From Synechocystis sp. PCC 7338 (GTDB lineage Bacteria > Cyanobacteriota > Cyanobacteriia > Cyanobacteriales > Microcystaceae): a stretch of DNA of 32,000 bases. Below, one piece after another: positions 1 to 8,821 of this stretch (position 1 is the stretch's first letter; each line of letters begins with the position of its first letter). Location: assembly GCF_018282115.1 (NCBI RefSeq), contig NZ_CP054306.1, positions 821,488-853,487 on the forward strand, written 5' to 3'. Made by a program: the position numbers and the translations under genes. The notes beneath the pieces are model-generated. The model was not told the DNA's origin. It saw nothing but the letters and a program-made list of their open reading frames with translations, and made no database searches.

Positions 1-141
1 CTTCTTTCCCCCCAGCGGTCACTGTGGGGTTGGTTTCCACTCCAAGCTTTCAGCTATGCTTATTGGAGTAGCGGGAAGAATCTTGATAAACTGGCGGGAA
101 GCTATGCCAATTTGTGTGATTGAGTTTGAGGAAAATTGTTG

Positions 142-1308
142 ATGAAAGCCATGATTTTGGCCGCCGGCAAGGGCACTCGGGTTAGACCAATCACCCACAC
201 CATTCCCAAGCCGATGATCCCCATTCTGCAAAAACCAGTGATGGAATTTTTGCTGGAGTTATTGCGGCAACACGGTTTTGATCAAATCATGGTCAATGTG
301 AGCCATCTGGCGGAGGAGATAGAGAGTTATTTTCGGGATGGCCAGAGGTTCGGCGTACAAATAGCCTATTCTTTTGAAGGAAATATTGTTGATGGCGACC
401 TGGTGGGCAAGGCCCTCGGATCGGCAGGGGGATTAAAAAAAATTCAAGAGTTCAATCCCTTTTTTGATGATACTTTTGTGGTGCTTTGTGGTGATGCACT
501 AATTGATTTAGACCTCACCACTGCGGTCAAGCTCCACCGGGAAAAGGGGGCGATCGCCACGATTGTTACCAAAACGGTGCCGAAGGAATTGGTATCCAGC
601 TATGGGGTGGTGGTCACCGACGACCATGGCAAAATTTTAACTTTCCAAGAAAAGCCAGCGGTGGAAGAGGCCCTGAGCACAGAAATTAACACGGGCATTT
701 ATATTTTTGAGCCGGAAGTGATTGATTACATTCCTTCTGGTCAGGAATACGATCTGGGGGGAGATCTATTTCCCAAGCTGGTGGATAGCGGCCTGCCTTT
801 TTATGCAGTGAATATGGACTTTGAGTGGGTGGACATTGGCAAAGTGCCGGACTATTGGCAGGCCATCCGGGGGGTACTTTCCCGGGAAATTAAAAATGTA
901 CAAATTCCCGGCATTGAAGTTAGACCAGGGGTTTATACCGGCATTAATGTGGCGGCTAACTGGGACAACATCGAAATTGAGGGCCCAGTGTATATCGGTG
1001 GCATGACCCGCATTGAAGATGGGGTAAAAATTATTGGCCCCTCCATGATTGGCCCCAGTTGCCTGATCTGTCGGGGGGCGGTGGTGGACAACAGCGTAAT
1101 TTTTGAGTATTCCCGTTTAGGCCCCGGGGCTCGTTTGGTGGATAAGTTGGTCTTTGGTCGTTACTGCGTGGATAAAACCGGAGCGGCGATCGATGTGCAG
1201 GCAGCAGCTTTGGATTGGCTAATCACCGATGCCCGCCATGCGGCTGTACAATACCGCCAAGAGTATCCGCCCCAAAGAGAAATTTCCAGACTTCTCCAGC
1301 CGGAATAG
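142..1308 (+). CDS. Sugar-phosphate nucleotidyltransferase (mannose-1-phosphate guanylyltransferase-like) with C-terminal hexapeptide-repeat region
   Basis: ORF 136..1308. The N-terminus LAAGKGTRVRPIT fits the GxGTRxxP nucleotidyltransferase signature. The C-terminal third is rich in short I/V-G repeats, as in left-handed beta-helix domains. The TTG at 136 is probably over-extended; the first ATG at 142 follows a GAGG. Confidence 0.85.
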   Translation: MKAMILAAGKGTRVRPITHTIPKPMIPILQKPVMEFLLELLRQHGFDQIMVNVSHLAEEIESYFRDGQRFGVQIAYSFEGNIVDGDLVGKALGSAGGLKKIQEFNPFFDDTFVVLCGDALIDLDLTTAVKLHREKGAIATIVTKTVPKELVSSYGVVVTDDHGKILTFQEKPAVEEALSTEINTGIYIFEPEVIDYIPSGQEYDLGGDLFPKLVDSGLPFYAVNMDFEWVDIGKVPDYWQAIRGVLSREIKNVQIPGIEVRPGVYTGINVAANWDNIEIEGPVYIGGMTRIEDGVKIIGPSMIGPSCLICRGAVVDNSVIFEYSRLGPGARLVDKLVFGRYCVDKTGAAIDVQAAALDWLITDARHAAVQYRQEYPPQREISRLLQPE

Positions 1309-1323
1309 TAGGAGCAATGGACG

Positions 1324-1347
1324 GGGGAAATTGTTTTTCTTTTCCCC
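1324..1347. terminator. Putative bidirectional hairpin terminator between convergent genes
   Basis: GGGGAAA (1324-1330) pairs with TTTCCCC (1341-1347) around a 10-nt T-rich loop, followed by T-rich sequence. It lies in the 83-bp gap between the convergent CDSs ending at 1308 and 1392. Confidence 0.4.
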
Positions 1348-1391
1348 TGGTTCTAATTTTTGATTGAATGGGGGAAACTTGGACAGATAAT

Positions 1392-2093
1392 CTAGTTAGG
1401 CAAGTCCAATTTTTGCAGAGATAGCTGGGCCGCCTGGGACACCTGGGGATGCTCGTCCCTAACCATGAAAGTCAGAGCGGAACGACTCTGGTCACAGGGT
1501 AAATTACCCAGGGCTTCCGCTAATCTTTGGCGAATTAACCAATCTTCGTGGGAAGCAAACACCAAAATTGCCTCCACCGCATCCACCGCGCCAATTTCCC
1601 CCAGGGCAGCGATCGCCGCTTGTTGCACCACTACTTCGGCACTTTTCAACGCTTCTAGCAAGACAGTTTGGGCCCGAAGATCTTTTAAGTTGCCCAGGGC
1701 CACCGCCGCACTGAACCGCACCAACCACTCCGTATCTTCGTAAAAAGCTCGGCAGAGGGGATGGAAAGCCCGTTCGTCTTCTAGGTAACCCAGGGCCCCC
1801 GCCGCATCGGCCCGGATGCCATAATCCTCATCGGTTTCCAACAGCTTAACCAGAATGGGATAGCATTCCTCCGTTTGCTTAATACCCAGGGCAAACACCG
1901 CCATGGAACGCACCTGTAAAGTATCGTCATCCAAAACTTTTTTGATCAGAGGCACCGCTTCCTCGCTGGAATAGGGCCTAAGGGAAGCTAGGGCAATGAG
2001 CCGATCGCGGGAATTGGGGCTGTCGAGTTGGCTGGCAATTTGTTCGAGGGTCAGGGCTGTCATGGCTAGATTTCTGAGAATTTCTTCCATCAT
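1392..2093 (-). CDS. HEAT-repeat protein (phycobilisome-lyase / NblB-like HEAT repeats)
   Basis: 233-aa ORF with five evenly spaced repeats ending in ALG: VRSMAVFALG, IRADAAGALG, VRFSAAVALG, VQQAAIAALG, IRQRLAEALG. This is typical of PBS-lyase HEAT-like repeats. Confidence 0.8.
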   Translation of the reverse strand: MMEEILRNLAMTALTLEQIASQLDSPNSRDRLIALASLRPYSSEEAVPLIKKVLDDDTLQVRSMAVFALGIKQTEECYPILVKLLETDEDYGIRADAAGALGYLEDERAFHPLCRAFYEDTEWLVRFSAAVALGNLKDLRAQTVLLEALKSAEVVVQQAAIAALGEIGAVDAVEAILVFASHEDWLIRQRLAEALGNLPCDQSRSALTFMVRDEHPQVSQAAQLSLQKLDLPN

Positions 2094-2237
2094 TGTAACA
2101 AAACTTTATAAAGTTATCTTGGTGTTCTCCCCCGGTGATCGGTCGGTAAACCCCCCACCGACAAATTTTCCCCAGGCAACATAATCCCGTAAACTTTCTT
2201 AATATAGTTCGTCCCCTGAGGACAGGAGGAAATTGCG

Positions 2238-2537
2238 GTGACCATTACCTTTGTTAAAGAGCAGAAAGATATTATCGTGGCCCAGGGTGCCAACCTACGG
2301 GAAAAAGCCCTGCAGAATGGCGTTGATATTTACACCCTCAAGGGAAAATTGATGAACTGTGGCGGCTACGGCCAATGTGGCACCTGCATAGTGGAAATCA
2401 CAGCAGGCATAGAAAATCTTTCCCCTAAAACCGATTTTGAAAATAAGGTGTTACGCAAAAAGCCCGACAATTTCCGCCTCGCTTGCCAAACCTTGGTCAA
2501 TGGGCCAGTGAGTGTGAACACCAAACCCAAGGGCTAG
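2238..2537 (+). CDS. 2Fe-2S ferredoxin-like protein
   Basis: 99-aa ORF with a GTG start preceded by AGGAGGA. Cysteine pattern [10 protein letters not shown]...LACQ (C-x5-C-x2-C ... C) as in plant-type 2Fe-2S cluster-binding domains. Confidence 0.8.
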   Translation: MTITFVKEQKDIIVAQGANLREKALQNGVDIYTLKGKLMNCGGYGQCGTCIVEITAGIENLSPKTDFENKVLRKKPDNFRLACQTLVNGPVSVNTKPKG

Positions 2538-2629
2538 GGGCGATCGCCGGGGATTCAGGATCAGGATTTGATAAAGCCTTGTCGAGGGTAGCCATATCCC
2601 TTAATCGGGTTCCAAAATTACCCTCAAAT

Positions 2630-3055
2630 CTAATTAATAACCGTCTCTTTCGAATCCCCAGGGTGGAGAGGGCCAGACTTCTGTTCTTCCCCTGCCCCGG
2701 CCGGGGAGGTATTTTGCTTGGCTAGTTCCCGTTCGAGGGTACTGAGTTCAGACTGGAAGCGAATTTGTATTTTGGGGCCCGAACTGGCTAGACGCAGAAC
2801 CATGCCATCCTCTAGGACTAGTTCTTCCACGGTTTCCGCTTCCATATAGGTGCCATTGGCCCCCAAGTTGACGGCGACCCAGCCATTCCCTTCCGGTCGG
2901 AGTTCTAAATGGTGACGGGATACTACAGCACTGTAGAGTACAACATCGTTATCCGCCGCCCTACCCACACGGACGTTTCGTTCCGATTCAAAAGTCCAGC
3001 TTTGGACAGGAACGCTTTTACCCGGCAGGAGGAGGGTGAGGGTGATGGCGGACAT
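2630..3055 (-). CDS. FHA domain-containing protein
   Basis: 141-aa ORF. VRVGRAADNDVVLYSAVVSRHHLEL ... NGTYM matches the FHA core pattern (G-R ... S-R-x-H ... N-G-T). Confidence 0.8.
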   Translation of the reverse strand: MSAITLTLLLPGKSVPVQSWTFESERNVRVGRAADNDVVLYSAVVSRHHLELRPEGNGWVAVNLGANGTYMEAETVEELVLEDGMVLRLASSGPKIQIRFQSELSTLERELAKQNTSPAGAGEEQKSGPLHPGDSKETVIN

Positions 3056-3345
3056 TCAAGTTATGCGTGCATTTGATTAACTGTTTCCCATTGTACGGTC
3101 TGTCCTGCTTTTACACCCAGGCAATCTTGACGGGGATAATCGCCGGAGCATCCCATTAAGACCCCCTCAATGTAGACGGAGGAAGTCAAACTGGGGCCAC
3201 AGCGCAGATTTAGCCAGCGCCATGTTTTGATAATATGGGAAGCCTAACTATCATGCCCAATTACTTCGGCATTGATAACAATTACCGACAAATTAACCCT
3301 AGAAAATTACCTGACTGCATTTAGCGAAGGGGAGGATTGACCGCG

Positions 3346-4500
3346 ATGGACAATAAGCAAATGTTGATGATTCCGGGGCCAACTCCCGTACCAGAAAAAG
3401 TTTTGTTGGCCATGGCAAAACATCCCATTGGCCACCGCAGTGGTGACTTTAGCAAAATCATTGCTGAATTGACGGCAAACCTCAAATGGTTACACCAAAC
3501 TCAAAATGATGTGTTGATGCTGACCACCAGCGGCACTGGTGCTATGGAAGCCGGCATAATTAACTTCCTCAGCCCTGGCGATCGAGTGTTGGTGGGCAAC
3601 AACGGTAAATTTGGCGATCGTTGGGTCAAAGTAGCCAAAACCTTCGGTTTAGCGGTGGAAGAAGTTAAGGCTGAATGGGGCAAACCATTGGATCCCAATG
3701 CTTTTAAAACGCTGTTGGAAGCGGACACTGCCAAGACCATCAAAGCTTTGATCATTACCCATTCCGAAACCTCCACGGGAGTGCTGAATGACTTAGCCAC
3801 CATCAATGCCGCTGCTAAGGTTCATGGTGGAACGTTGATGATTGTGGATGCGGTGACCAGTTTAGGGGCTACTCCAGTGGCGATCGATGAGCTGGGTCTG
3901 GACGTGGTGGCGTCCGGTTCCCAAAAGGGTTATATGATTCCCCCTGGGCTGGGATTTGTTTCTGTGAGCGCCAAAGCTTGGCAGGCTTATGAAACCGCCA
4001 CTATTCCCCGTTTTTATCTGGATTTGAAAAAATATAAAAAATCCACCGATGAAGATAGCTCCCCCTTCACTCCCCCCATCAACCTAATGTATGGATTGCA
4101 GGCATCTCTGCAAATGATGAAAGCGGAGGGCCTGGAGGCTATTTTGGCTCGCCATCAACGGCACACCAATGGGACCCGGGCGGCAATGAAAGCACTCAAT
4201 CTTCCCCTATTTGCCCCCGACAATGCGGCCAGTAATGCCATCACCGCCGTTGCTCCCCTGGGAGTGGAAGCAGAGAAAATTCGCAGTACCATGCGTAAAA
4301 AATTCGATATTGCCATGGCCGGTGGGCAGGATCACCTCAAAGGCAAAATCTTCCGCATTGGACACCTCGGTTTTGTCTGTGACCGGGATATCCTCAGTTG
4401 CATCGGCGCTTTGGAAGCTACTTTAATTGAACTGGGTTATGAGGGTGTGACTCCGGGAGCTGGAGTAGCCGCCGCCGCTGGGGTTTTGGCTAAGGGTTAA
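3346..4500 (+). CDS. Class-V aminotransferase (serine-pyruvate / alanine-glyoxylate aminotransferase family; legacy name 'soluble hydrogenase small subunit')
   Basis: ORF 3337..4500. The N-terminus MLMIPGPTPVP and the PLP-lysine motif SGSQKGYMIPPGLG are class-V hallmarks. The ATG at 3346 sits 9 nt after GGAGGA, so the TTG at 3337 is probably not the start. Confidence 0.9.
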   Translation: MDNKQMLMIPGPTPVPEKVLLAMAKHPIGHRSGDFSKIIAELTANLKWLHQTQNDVLMLTTSGTGAMEAGIINFLSPGDRVLVGNNGKFGDRWVKVAKTFGLAVEEVKAEWGKPLDPNAFKTLLEADTAKTIKALIITHSETSTGVLNDLATINAAAKVHGGTLMIVDAVTSLGATPVAIDELGLDVVASGSQKGYMIPPGLGFVSVSAKAWQAYETATIPRFYLDLKKYKKSTDEDSSPFTPPINLMYGLQASLQMMKAEGLEAILARHQRHTNGTRAAMKALNLPLFAPDNAASNAITAVAPLGVEAEKIRSTMRKKFDIAMAGGQDHLKGKIFRIGHLGFVCDRDILSCIGALEATLIELGYEGVTPGAGVAAAAGVLAKG

Positions 4501-4728
4501 TTACCCGACAAAGTCTTAAACCGGCAATATTAACAATGGCAATCGCCAAATAGCCAAATATCGCCCCAGGGGGGAGTTAAACCAGGGAATGGGCAGTTTC
4601 TGACCTTGGCTTTGACTCCCCTTTGCTTATGCTGGACATCGTTAGTTAACGGAGTTAACAGCTTTGACCCAGCCAGTTTGAAGCAGAACTGATAGGGTGA
4701 AAGAGTTGGACGTAGGGCTCAGATTTTT

Positions 4729-5313
4729 ATGCAGTTATCCATTTGTTTACCGGAGACTCCCCTCACCGTAACCCCAGAGCAATTTCTGGCGATCGCCGTT
4801 GCTAACCCAGATTTACGCTTAGAGAGAACTGAAAACGGAGAATTAATTGTGAACCCACCAACGGGTAGTGAGTCCAGCCGTCGTAATCTGAGTATTACCG
4901 CACAGCTCTGGAATTGGGCTGAAAACCATTCTGAGTTAGGGGTGGCATTTGAGTCTTCCTGTGGTTTTCGTTTACCCAATGGTTCTACCCGTGCCCCTGA
5001 CGCTTCTTGGGTCCGCCGGGAGCGTTGGGAGTCCTTGAGTCCAGCCGAGAAAGAAGGGCTTGCCCCCCTTTGTCCCGATTTTGTAGTCGAATTGCGCTCC
5101 AAAACTGATAGCCTGTCTACCTTGCAAGAAAAAATGCGGGAATATATGGAGAACGGTGCCCGTTTAGGCTGGTTAATCGATCCCCAGAACTGTCAAGTGG
5201 AGATTTATCGTTCCACAGGTAAAACAGTAGAAATCTTGCAACAGCCAGATACTTTGTCGGGAGAAGATATACTGCCTGATTTTCTTCTTTCCTTAAATCG
5301 CATCTGGCCCTAA
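4729..5313 (+). CDS. Uma2-family (DUF820) putative restriction-endonuclease-like protein
   Basis: 194-aa ORF. Has the PD-(D/E)xK-like core CPDFVVELRS and the following YMENGARLGWLIDP, both typical of the cyanobacteria-expanded Uma2 family. Confidence 0.85.
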   Translation: MQLSICLPETPLTVTPEQFLAIAVANPDLRLERTENGELIVNPPTGSESSRRNLSITAQLWNWAENHSELGVAFESSCGFRLPNGSTRAPDASWVRRERWESLSPAEKEGLAPLCPDFVVELRSKTDSLSTLQEKMREYMENGARLGWLIDPQNCQVEIYRSTGKTVEILQQPDTLSGEDILPDFLLSLNRIWP

Positions 5314-5384
5314 CTGCATTGCAGACCACTATTTCCAACTTAACCATTGCTTAATAGAGAGAACCGTGCTAAGCTTCCAACCCT

Positions 5385-5711
5385 ATGCACTACGCCATCC
5401 CCAAAACCTACGCCGAACTAGATGCCCTGCGCCGTTTCCCCGCTAACGAGGAATTGGTGGCGGTAGCGATCGCCGGGGTGATTAACTGGGCCCGGGCCAA
5501 CGAGCAATCTTTGGATGACGTGGTTCAGGAAATTTTGGCGGAGGATGGTTTATTGGATTATGTCCAAAGGAACCGCCTCAGTGAGATGATTGTGCAGGCT
5601 TGGCAGGCGTTACCGCATTGGCCCAATCCTTTGCCCAGTGGAGCACCGTCTGTACCCGGGAACTGGTGGGAGCCTCGCAGTAAAGCCGTAGTAAAGGTTC
5701 CGTCCCACTAA
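5385..5711 (+). CDS. Hypothetical small protein whose 3' end overlaps the convergent phosphohexomutase gene
   Basis: 108-aa ORF. The first ~75 residues look helical and protein-like. The last ~30 residues are P/S/W-rich low complexity and lie antisense to the phosphohexomutase C-terminus. I recognise no family. Confidence 0.4.
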   Translation: MHYAIPKTYAELDALRRFPANEELVAVAIAGVINWARANEQSLDDVVQEILAEDGLLDYVQRNRLSEMIVQAWQALPHWPNPLPSGAPSVPGNWWEPRSKAVVKVPSH

Positions 5712-7050
5712 AGCGAATTAATAACCAACCGCCTCCGGCCATGCGGAATTTGTAGCCGTCGGTGGTAAGCAGATCTGTTACCTTTTCCCCTGCGATTTTC
5801 GTGGGGGGATTTTCGTTTAGAGTTTGTACCAATGCAGTGCGGACATCCATGCTGGCCAAGGGTAAATCGATGCGGTCATATTCACTGACAAAGCCAACTT
5901 TTTCCTGGAGTCGACCATACTGCTCACTGATATCCTGCTGGGATTGCACCACCGTTTCCAACACATATAGGGCGGACAACAATGCATCCCGTTCGGGAAT
6001 ATGGCCGCCGTAACCAATGCCGCCGGATTCTTCCCCACCGATTAGTACGGGGTTAGTTAACATCCGGTCGGCAATGTATTTATAACCGATCGCCGTTTCC
6101 GTGAGGGGAATGGCGTAGAGCTCTGCTAATTTAGGAATTAAATCGGAGCCACTAACGGTTTTAACAATCTCCCCTGTTAAACCTTTTTGGGTAGCCAGAT
6201 GGTAAATAAGAATGGGAATTAAACCCTGGGAACTGAGAAAATTGCCCTGGCCGTCCACTGCGGCAATGCGGTCTGCATCGCCGTCAAAAATTAACCCTAC
6301 TCGCAACTCTGGCCCGCTAGCTTCGGCCACCGTTTTCAGCGCTGCTAATAATTTAGGGACATATTTGGGCAAAGGTTCAGGAGAACCACCACCAAACAAG
6401 GGATCGTGATCGCCGTTGATTTCATCGATGGGGCAACCTAGCAAACGTTGCAAACCACTGGCTGCCGCCCCGTGCATCACATCGGCAAATACCCGGAGTT
6501 TTCCCTGTTGGATCGCAGTTTTAATTGGTTCCACATCCACTTTGGCTTGTAAGCCTTGGCAGTAACTGGGCCAGGGATCAAAATATTTTAAACTTCCCCC
6601 TTCCTCGGGTGGGGGTAAGGGATTTTTCAGTTGAGCTTCAATTTTTGCGGTAATTTCACCGCCGACGGAACCACCAAAAGCCCCTTTCACCTTCAATCCC
6701 AGGTAATTAGCGGGGTTATGGCTGGCAGTTAATACCAATGCACCTAGGGCATTTTCCTGGTGGGCGGCCCAACTAAAGGCCGGCGTGGGAGCATAACATT
6801 CGCTCAGCCAAACTTCAAAGCCCAGTTCTTGCAATGTTTGGGCCACCAGCAGGGCAAACTGTTCCGCCATAAAACGGCGATCGTAACCGACAATAATTCG
6901 ATTTTCCCGACCATTGTCCCCAAATTCTTCTGCCAATACCTGAGCTGAGATTGCCGCCACCTGGGAGGCCCTTTCAAAGGTAAATTCCGCCGCAATTACC
7001 CCCCGCCAGCCGTCGGTGCCAAATTTAATCGGAGCAGGAGTGTAAACCAT
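5578..7050 (-). CDS. Phosphoglucomutase/phosphomannomutase (alpha-D-phosphohexomutase family)
   Basis: 490-aa ORF with GTDGWRG at the N-terminus, catalytic-serine loop TASHNP, Mg-binding loop FDGDADR, sugar loop GGEESGG and C-terminal RFSGTEPLLRLY. Confidence 0.92.
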   Translation of the reverse strand: MVYTPAPIKFGTDGWRGVIAAEFTFERASQVAAISAQVLAEEFGDNGRENRIIVGYDRRFMAEQFALLVAQTLQELGFEVWLSECYAPTPAFSWAAHQENALGALVLTASHNPANYLGLKVKGAFGGSVGGEITAKIEAQLKNPLPPPEEGGSLKYFDPWPSYCQGLQAKVDVEPIKTAIQQGKLRVFADVMHGAAASGLQRLLGCPIDEINGDHDPLFGGGSPEPLPKYVPKLLAALKTVAEASGPELRVGLIFDGDADRIAAVDGQGNFLSSQGLIPILIYHLATQKGLTGEIVKTVSGSDLIPKLAELYAIPLTETAIGYKYIADRMLTNPVLIGGEESGGIGYGGHIPERDALLSALYVLETVVQSQQDISEQYGRLQEKVGFVSEYDRIDLPLASMDVRTALVQTLNENPPTKIAGEKVTDLLTTDGYKFRMAGGGWLLIRFSGTEPLLRLYCEAPTSSRVQTVLHWAKDWANAVTPAKPAQSSH

Positions 7051-7176
7051 GACAAACCTATTATTGTTGGAGCAATTACCCGTCGCTATTTTACCCTAAG
7101 CCTTGGCTTTCCCTTTCCCCTGGGGCCGAATTTTCTACAATGGGAGAGTCATCTACTATCGCCCCGCTGACCACCA

Positions 7177-7992
7177 TTGAGCCGTACTTACCAAACCCTA
7201 GGCATTGTTGTTAAAGGTATGGCCTTTGGGGAATCCGATCGCCTGGTGACCATTTTTTCTCCAGAATATGGACTAATTCGAGCCATTGCGCCGGGGGCCA
7301 GAAAACCAAAATCCAGCCTCAGGGGCCGCACCGAACTATTTGTAATTAATCAGTTCCTGTTATTTGAGGGAAAAAGTTTAGACCGTATCAACCAGGCGGA
7401 AACCCAATATTCCTATCCCGGCCTGGGGAAAAATGTTTGTAATTTGGCGGCGGGGCAGTACTTAATCGAACTAATCCTTGCCCTAGGGACGGAAGCCAGC
7501 GCCCAAGCATCTTTGTACGAACTGTTCACCGAACATTTACGACGGTTGGAAACGGAAGCAACGGCGGAGAATATTTATGGCCATTTGGCCCAGGCGTTGT
7601 TCCATTGCCTTGGAGCGGAGGGCTTTGCGCCCCAATTTCATCACTGTGCCATCACCGCCCAAACCATTCGTCCTAATTTTTACGATCGCCAATGGCGAGT
7701 GGGTTTTAGCCCGGAGTTGGGGGGCGTTGTTGACATCCGCAGTCAGGGCGACATTGGCCGCATTCCCCAAATGCGTCGATTAACAGCTATGGAGCTCAGT
7801 TTGTTGCAACAACTCAACCAGGCGGCCTTGCCCAACCCCCAGCAATACCTACCGGCGATCGCCCAGAAAAATTTTCGGGTCTGGGACTGGGTGAAAGCGG
7901 AAAGCCTGATGCGCCATTATGCCCAGCGTCAACTGGGAAAAGGCTTTCGGGCCGCTGTTTTACTAGATAGCATGTGGGAAGTCGATTTTTAG
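7177..7992 (+). CDS. recO: DNA repair protein RecO
   Basis: 271-aa ORF (TTG start). The N-terminal OB-fold region GIVVKGMAFGESDRLVTIFSPEYGLIRAIAPGARKPKSSLRG, and the overall length, match RecO. Confidence 0.8.
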   Translation: MSRTYQTLGIVVKGMAFGESDRLVTIFSPEYGLIRAIAPGARKPKSSLRGRTELFVINQFLLFEGKSLDRINQAETQYSYPGLGKNVCNLAAGQYLIELILALGTEASAQASLYELFTEHLRRLETEATAENIYGHLAQALFHCLGAEGFAPQFHHCAITAQTIRPNFYDRQWRVGFSPELGGVVDIRSQGDIGRIPQMRRLTAMELSLLQQLNQAALPNPQQYLPAIAQKNFRVWDWVKAESLMRHYAQRQLGKGFRAAVLLDSMWEVDF

Positions 7993-8017
7993 GACACCCT
8001 CCCCCCTTCATGCTCAA

Positions 8018-8236
8018 TTAATCAATGTCAATGCTTTGGGGGCGATTATCCTGGGCTGTTTGATTAATGTCCGCCCCGGAAAAGTCCGTTACCCCTTGCT
8101 TTTGTAACCATTTTTTCAGGGGATCATCGGTCAATTTTAGCCTCAGCACACCGGACACAAACCCCCCAGCAAAGGCGATCGGCTGTTGACAAAATTCACG
8201 GGTCACTGGTTTAAATTCTTCAAGAAACATGGGCAT
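8018..8236 (-). CDS. Small hypothetical protein
   Basis: ORF 8018..8278 begins at a TTG. The first ATG (8236) gives MPMFLEEFKPVTREFCQQPIAFAGGFVSGVLRLKL..., with native-like composition. I recognise no family. Confidence 0.5.
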   Translation of the reverse strand: MPMFLEEFKPVTREFCQQPIAFAGGFVSGVLRLKLTDDPLKKWLQKQGVTDFSGADINQTAQDNRPQSIDID

Positions 8237-8337
8237 TAGCAATAAAATTCGAATGGCGAAAAATTGCGAGACAGGCAATACCCGTCATTATACTCAATTA
8301 ACCTCTGGCTGAGTTTGGACAAGTACAACTAAAATCC

Positions 8338-8365
8338 TTGACAGATGAGGCTTTCACCATGTAAT
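8338..8365 (+). promoter_or_regulatory. Near-consensus sigma70-type promoter (TTGACA-16 nt-TGTAAT)
   Basis: TTGACA at 8338-8343 and TGTAAT at 8360-8365 with a 16-nt spacer, read directly. The predicted start near 8372 opens a ~450-nt ORF-free stretch before the GNAT ATG. Confidence 0.35.
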
Positions 8366-8605
8366 GTCCTGTCTTTTCAGTCGAATATCAACGCTAAAAC
8401 GATTCTCAGGCTGGCCAAAACAGCAATAGCCCTAGGCGAGCAAACTTGGTTGTGCATTCTTGCGTCTCCATTGCCCTCCCCAGTCTAGGAGTTAGTTGAT
8501 TATCATGATTTATTAAGACGCCGCAATAAATGATCTAATTTTACGTTAGCATTCCGTCAAGAATGATAATTTGTGCTGTGGCTTCACCCCTATATTTGAT
8601 ACATG

Positions 8606-8623
8606 TACGTAATTTACGTAATT
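8606..8623. repeat. Perfect tandem duplication of the 9-mer TACGTAATT
   Basis: TACGTAATT at 8606-8614 and again at 8615-8623. A related TTACGTTA lies at 8540-8547. Confidence 0.8.
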
Positions 8624-8821
8624 ATCGCACTTTGCCCAGTAGTCTTCAGTAGAATATCGAACACCGGAGGTTGATGTTTGCCAAGAGTTTTTAAAAGATC
8701 AAGTAATTTATGATATTTTAAAGCGGTTACCTTCTTCTCAGGCTTTTGAATTAAGAGATGTTAAAATTTGAAAAATAAATATCTAATTTGACAATAAAAT
8801 ACCCAGGAAAAACAGAAGCTT

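Noticed and set aside
1-123. Plus-strand frame open from the window edge to the TGA at 121-123 (…SLWGWFPLQAFSYAYWSSGKNLDKLAGSYANLCD*), possibly the 3' end of an upstream gene
   Set aside because: Only 40 codons are visible with no recognisable motif, so it cannot be supported as a feature from this window alone.
19-231. 70-aa minus-strand ORF at the left edge
   Set aside because: It overlaps the start and promoter of the nucleotidyltransferase gene and has a Gly/His/Gln-rich, non-protein-like composition.
4719-5102. 127-aa minus-strand ORF overlapping the Uma2 gene
   Set aside because: It is antisense to a CDS with clear Uma2 motifs, and its low-complexity basic composition suggests a spurious ORF.
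8345-8488. 47-aa ORF (MRLSPCNVLSFQSNINAKT...) in the ORF-free region
   Set aside because: Its ATG lies inside the spacer of the best promoter. It has no RBS, no recognisable features, and no support beyond being open.
8497-8570. Fur-box-like strings TGATTATCATGATT (8497-8510) and AATGATAAT (8562-8570)
   Set aside because: They give only about 10-11/19 matches when extended to the 19-bp Fur consensus. In AT-rich DNA such partial matches are expected by chance, and they are much weaker than the 15/19 site at 28373.
8666-8694. GGAGG followed by the mini-ORF ATG TTT GCC AAG AGT TTT TAA (MFAKSF), a possible leader peptide upstream of GNAT
   Set aside because: Only 3 nt separate the GGAGG from the ATG, which is too short for a normal SD spacing. 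Six-codon ORFs arise by chance in AT-rich DNA.
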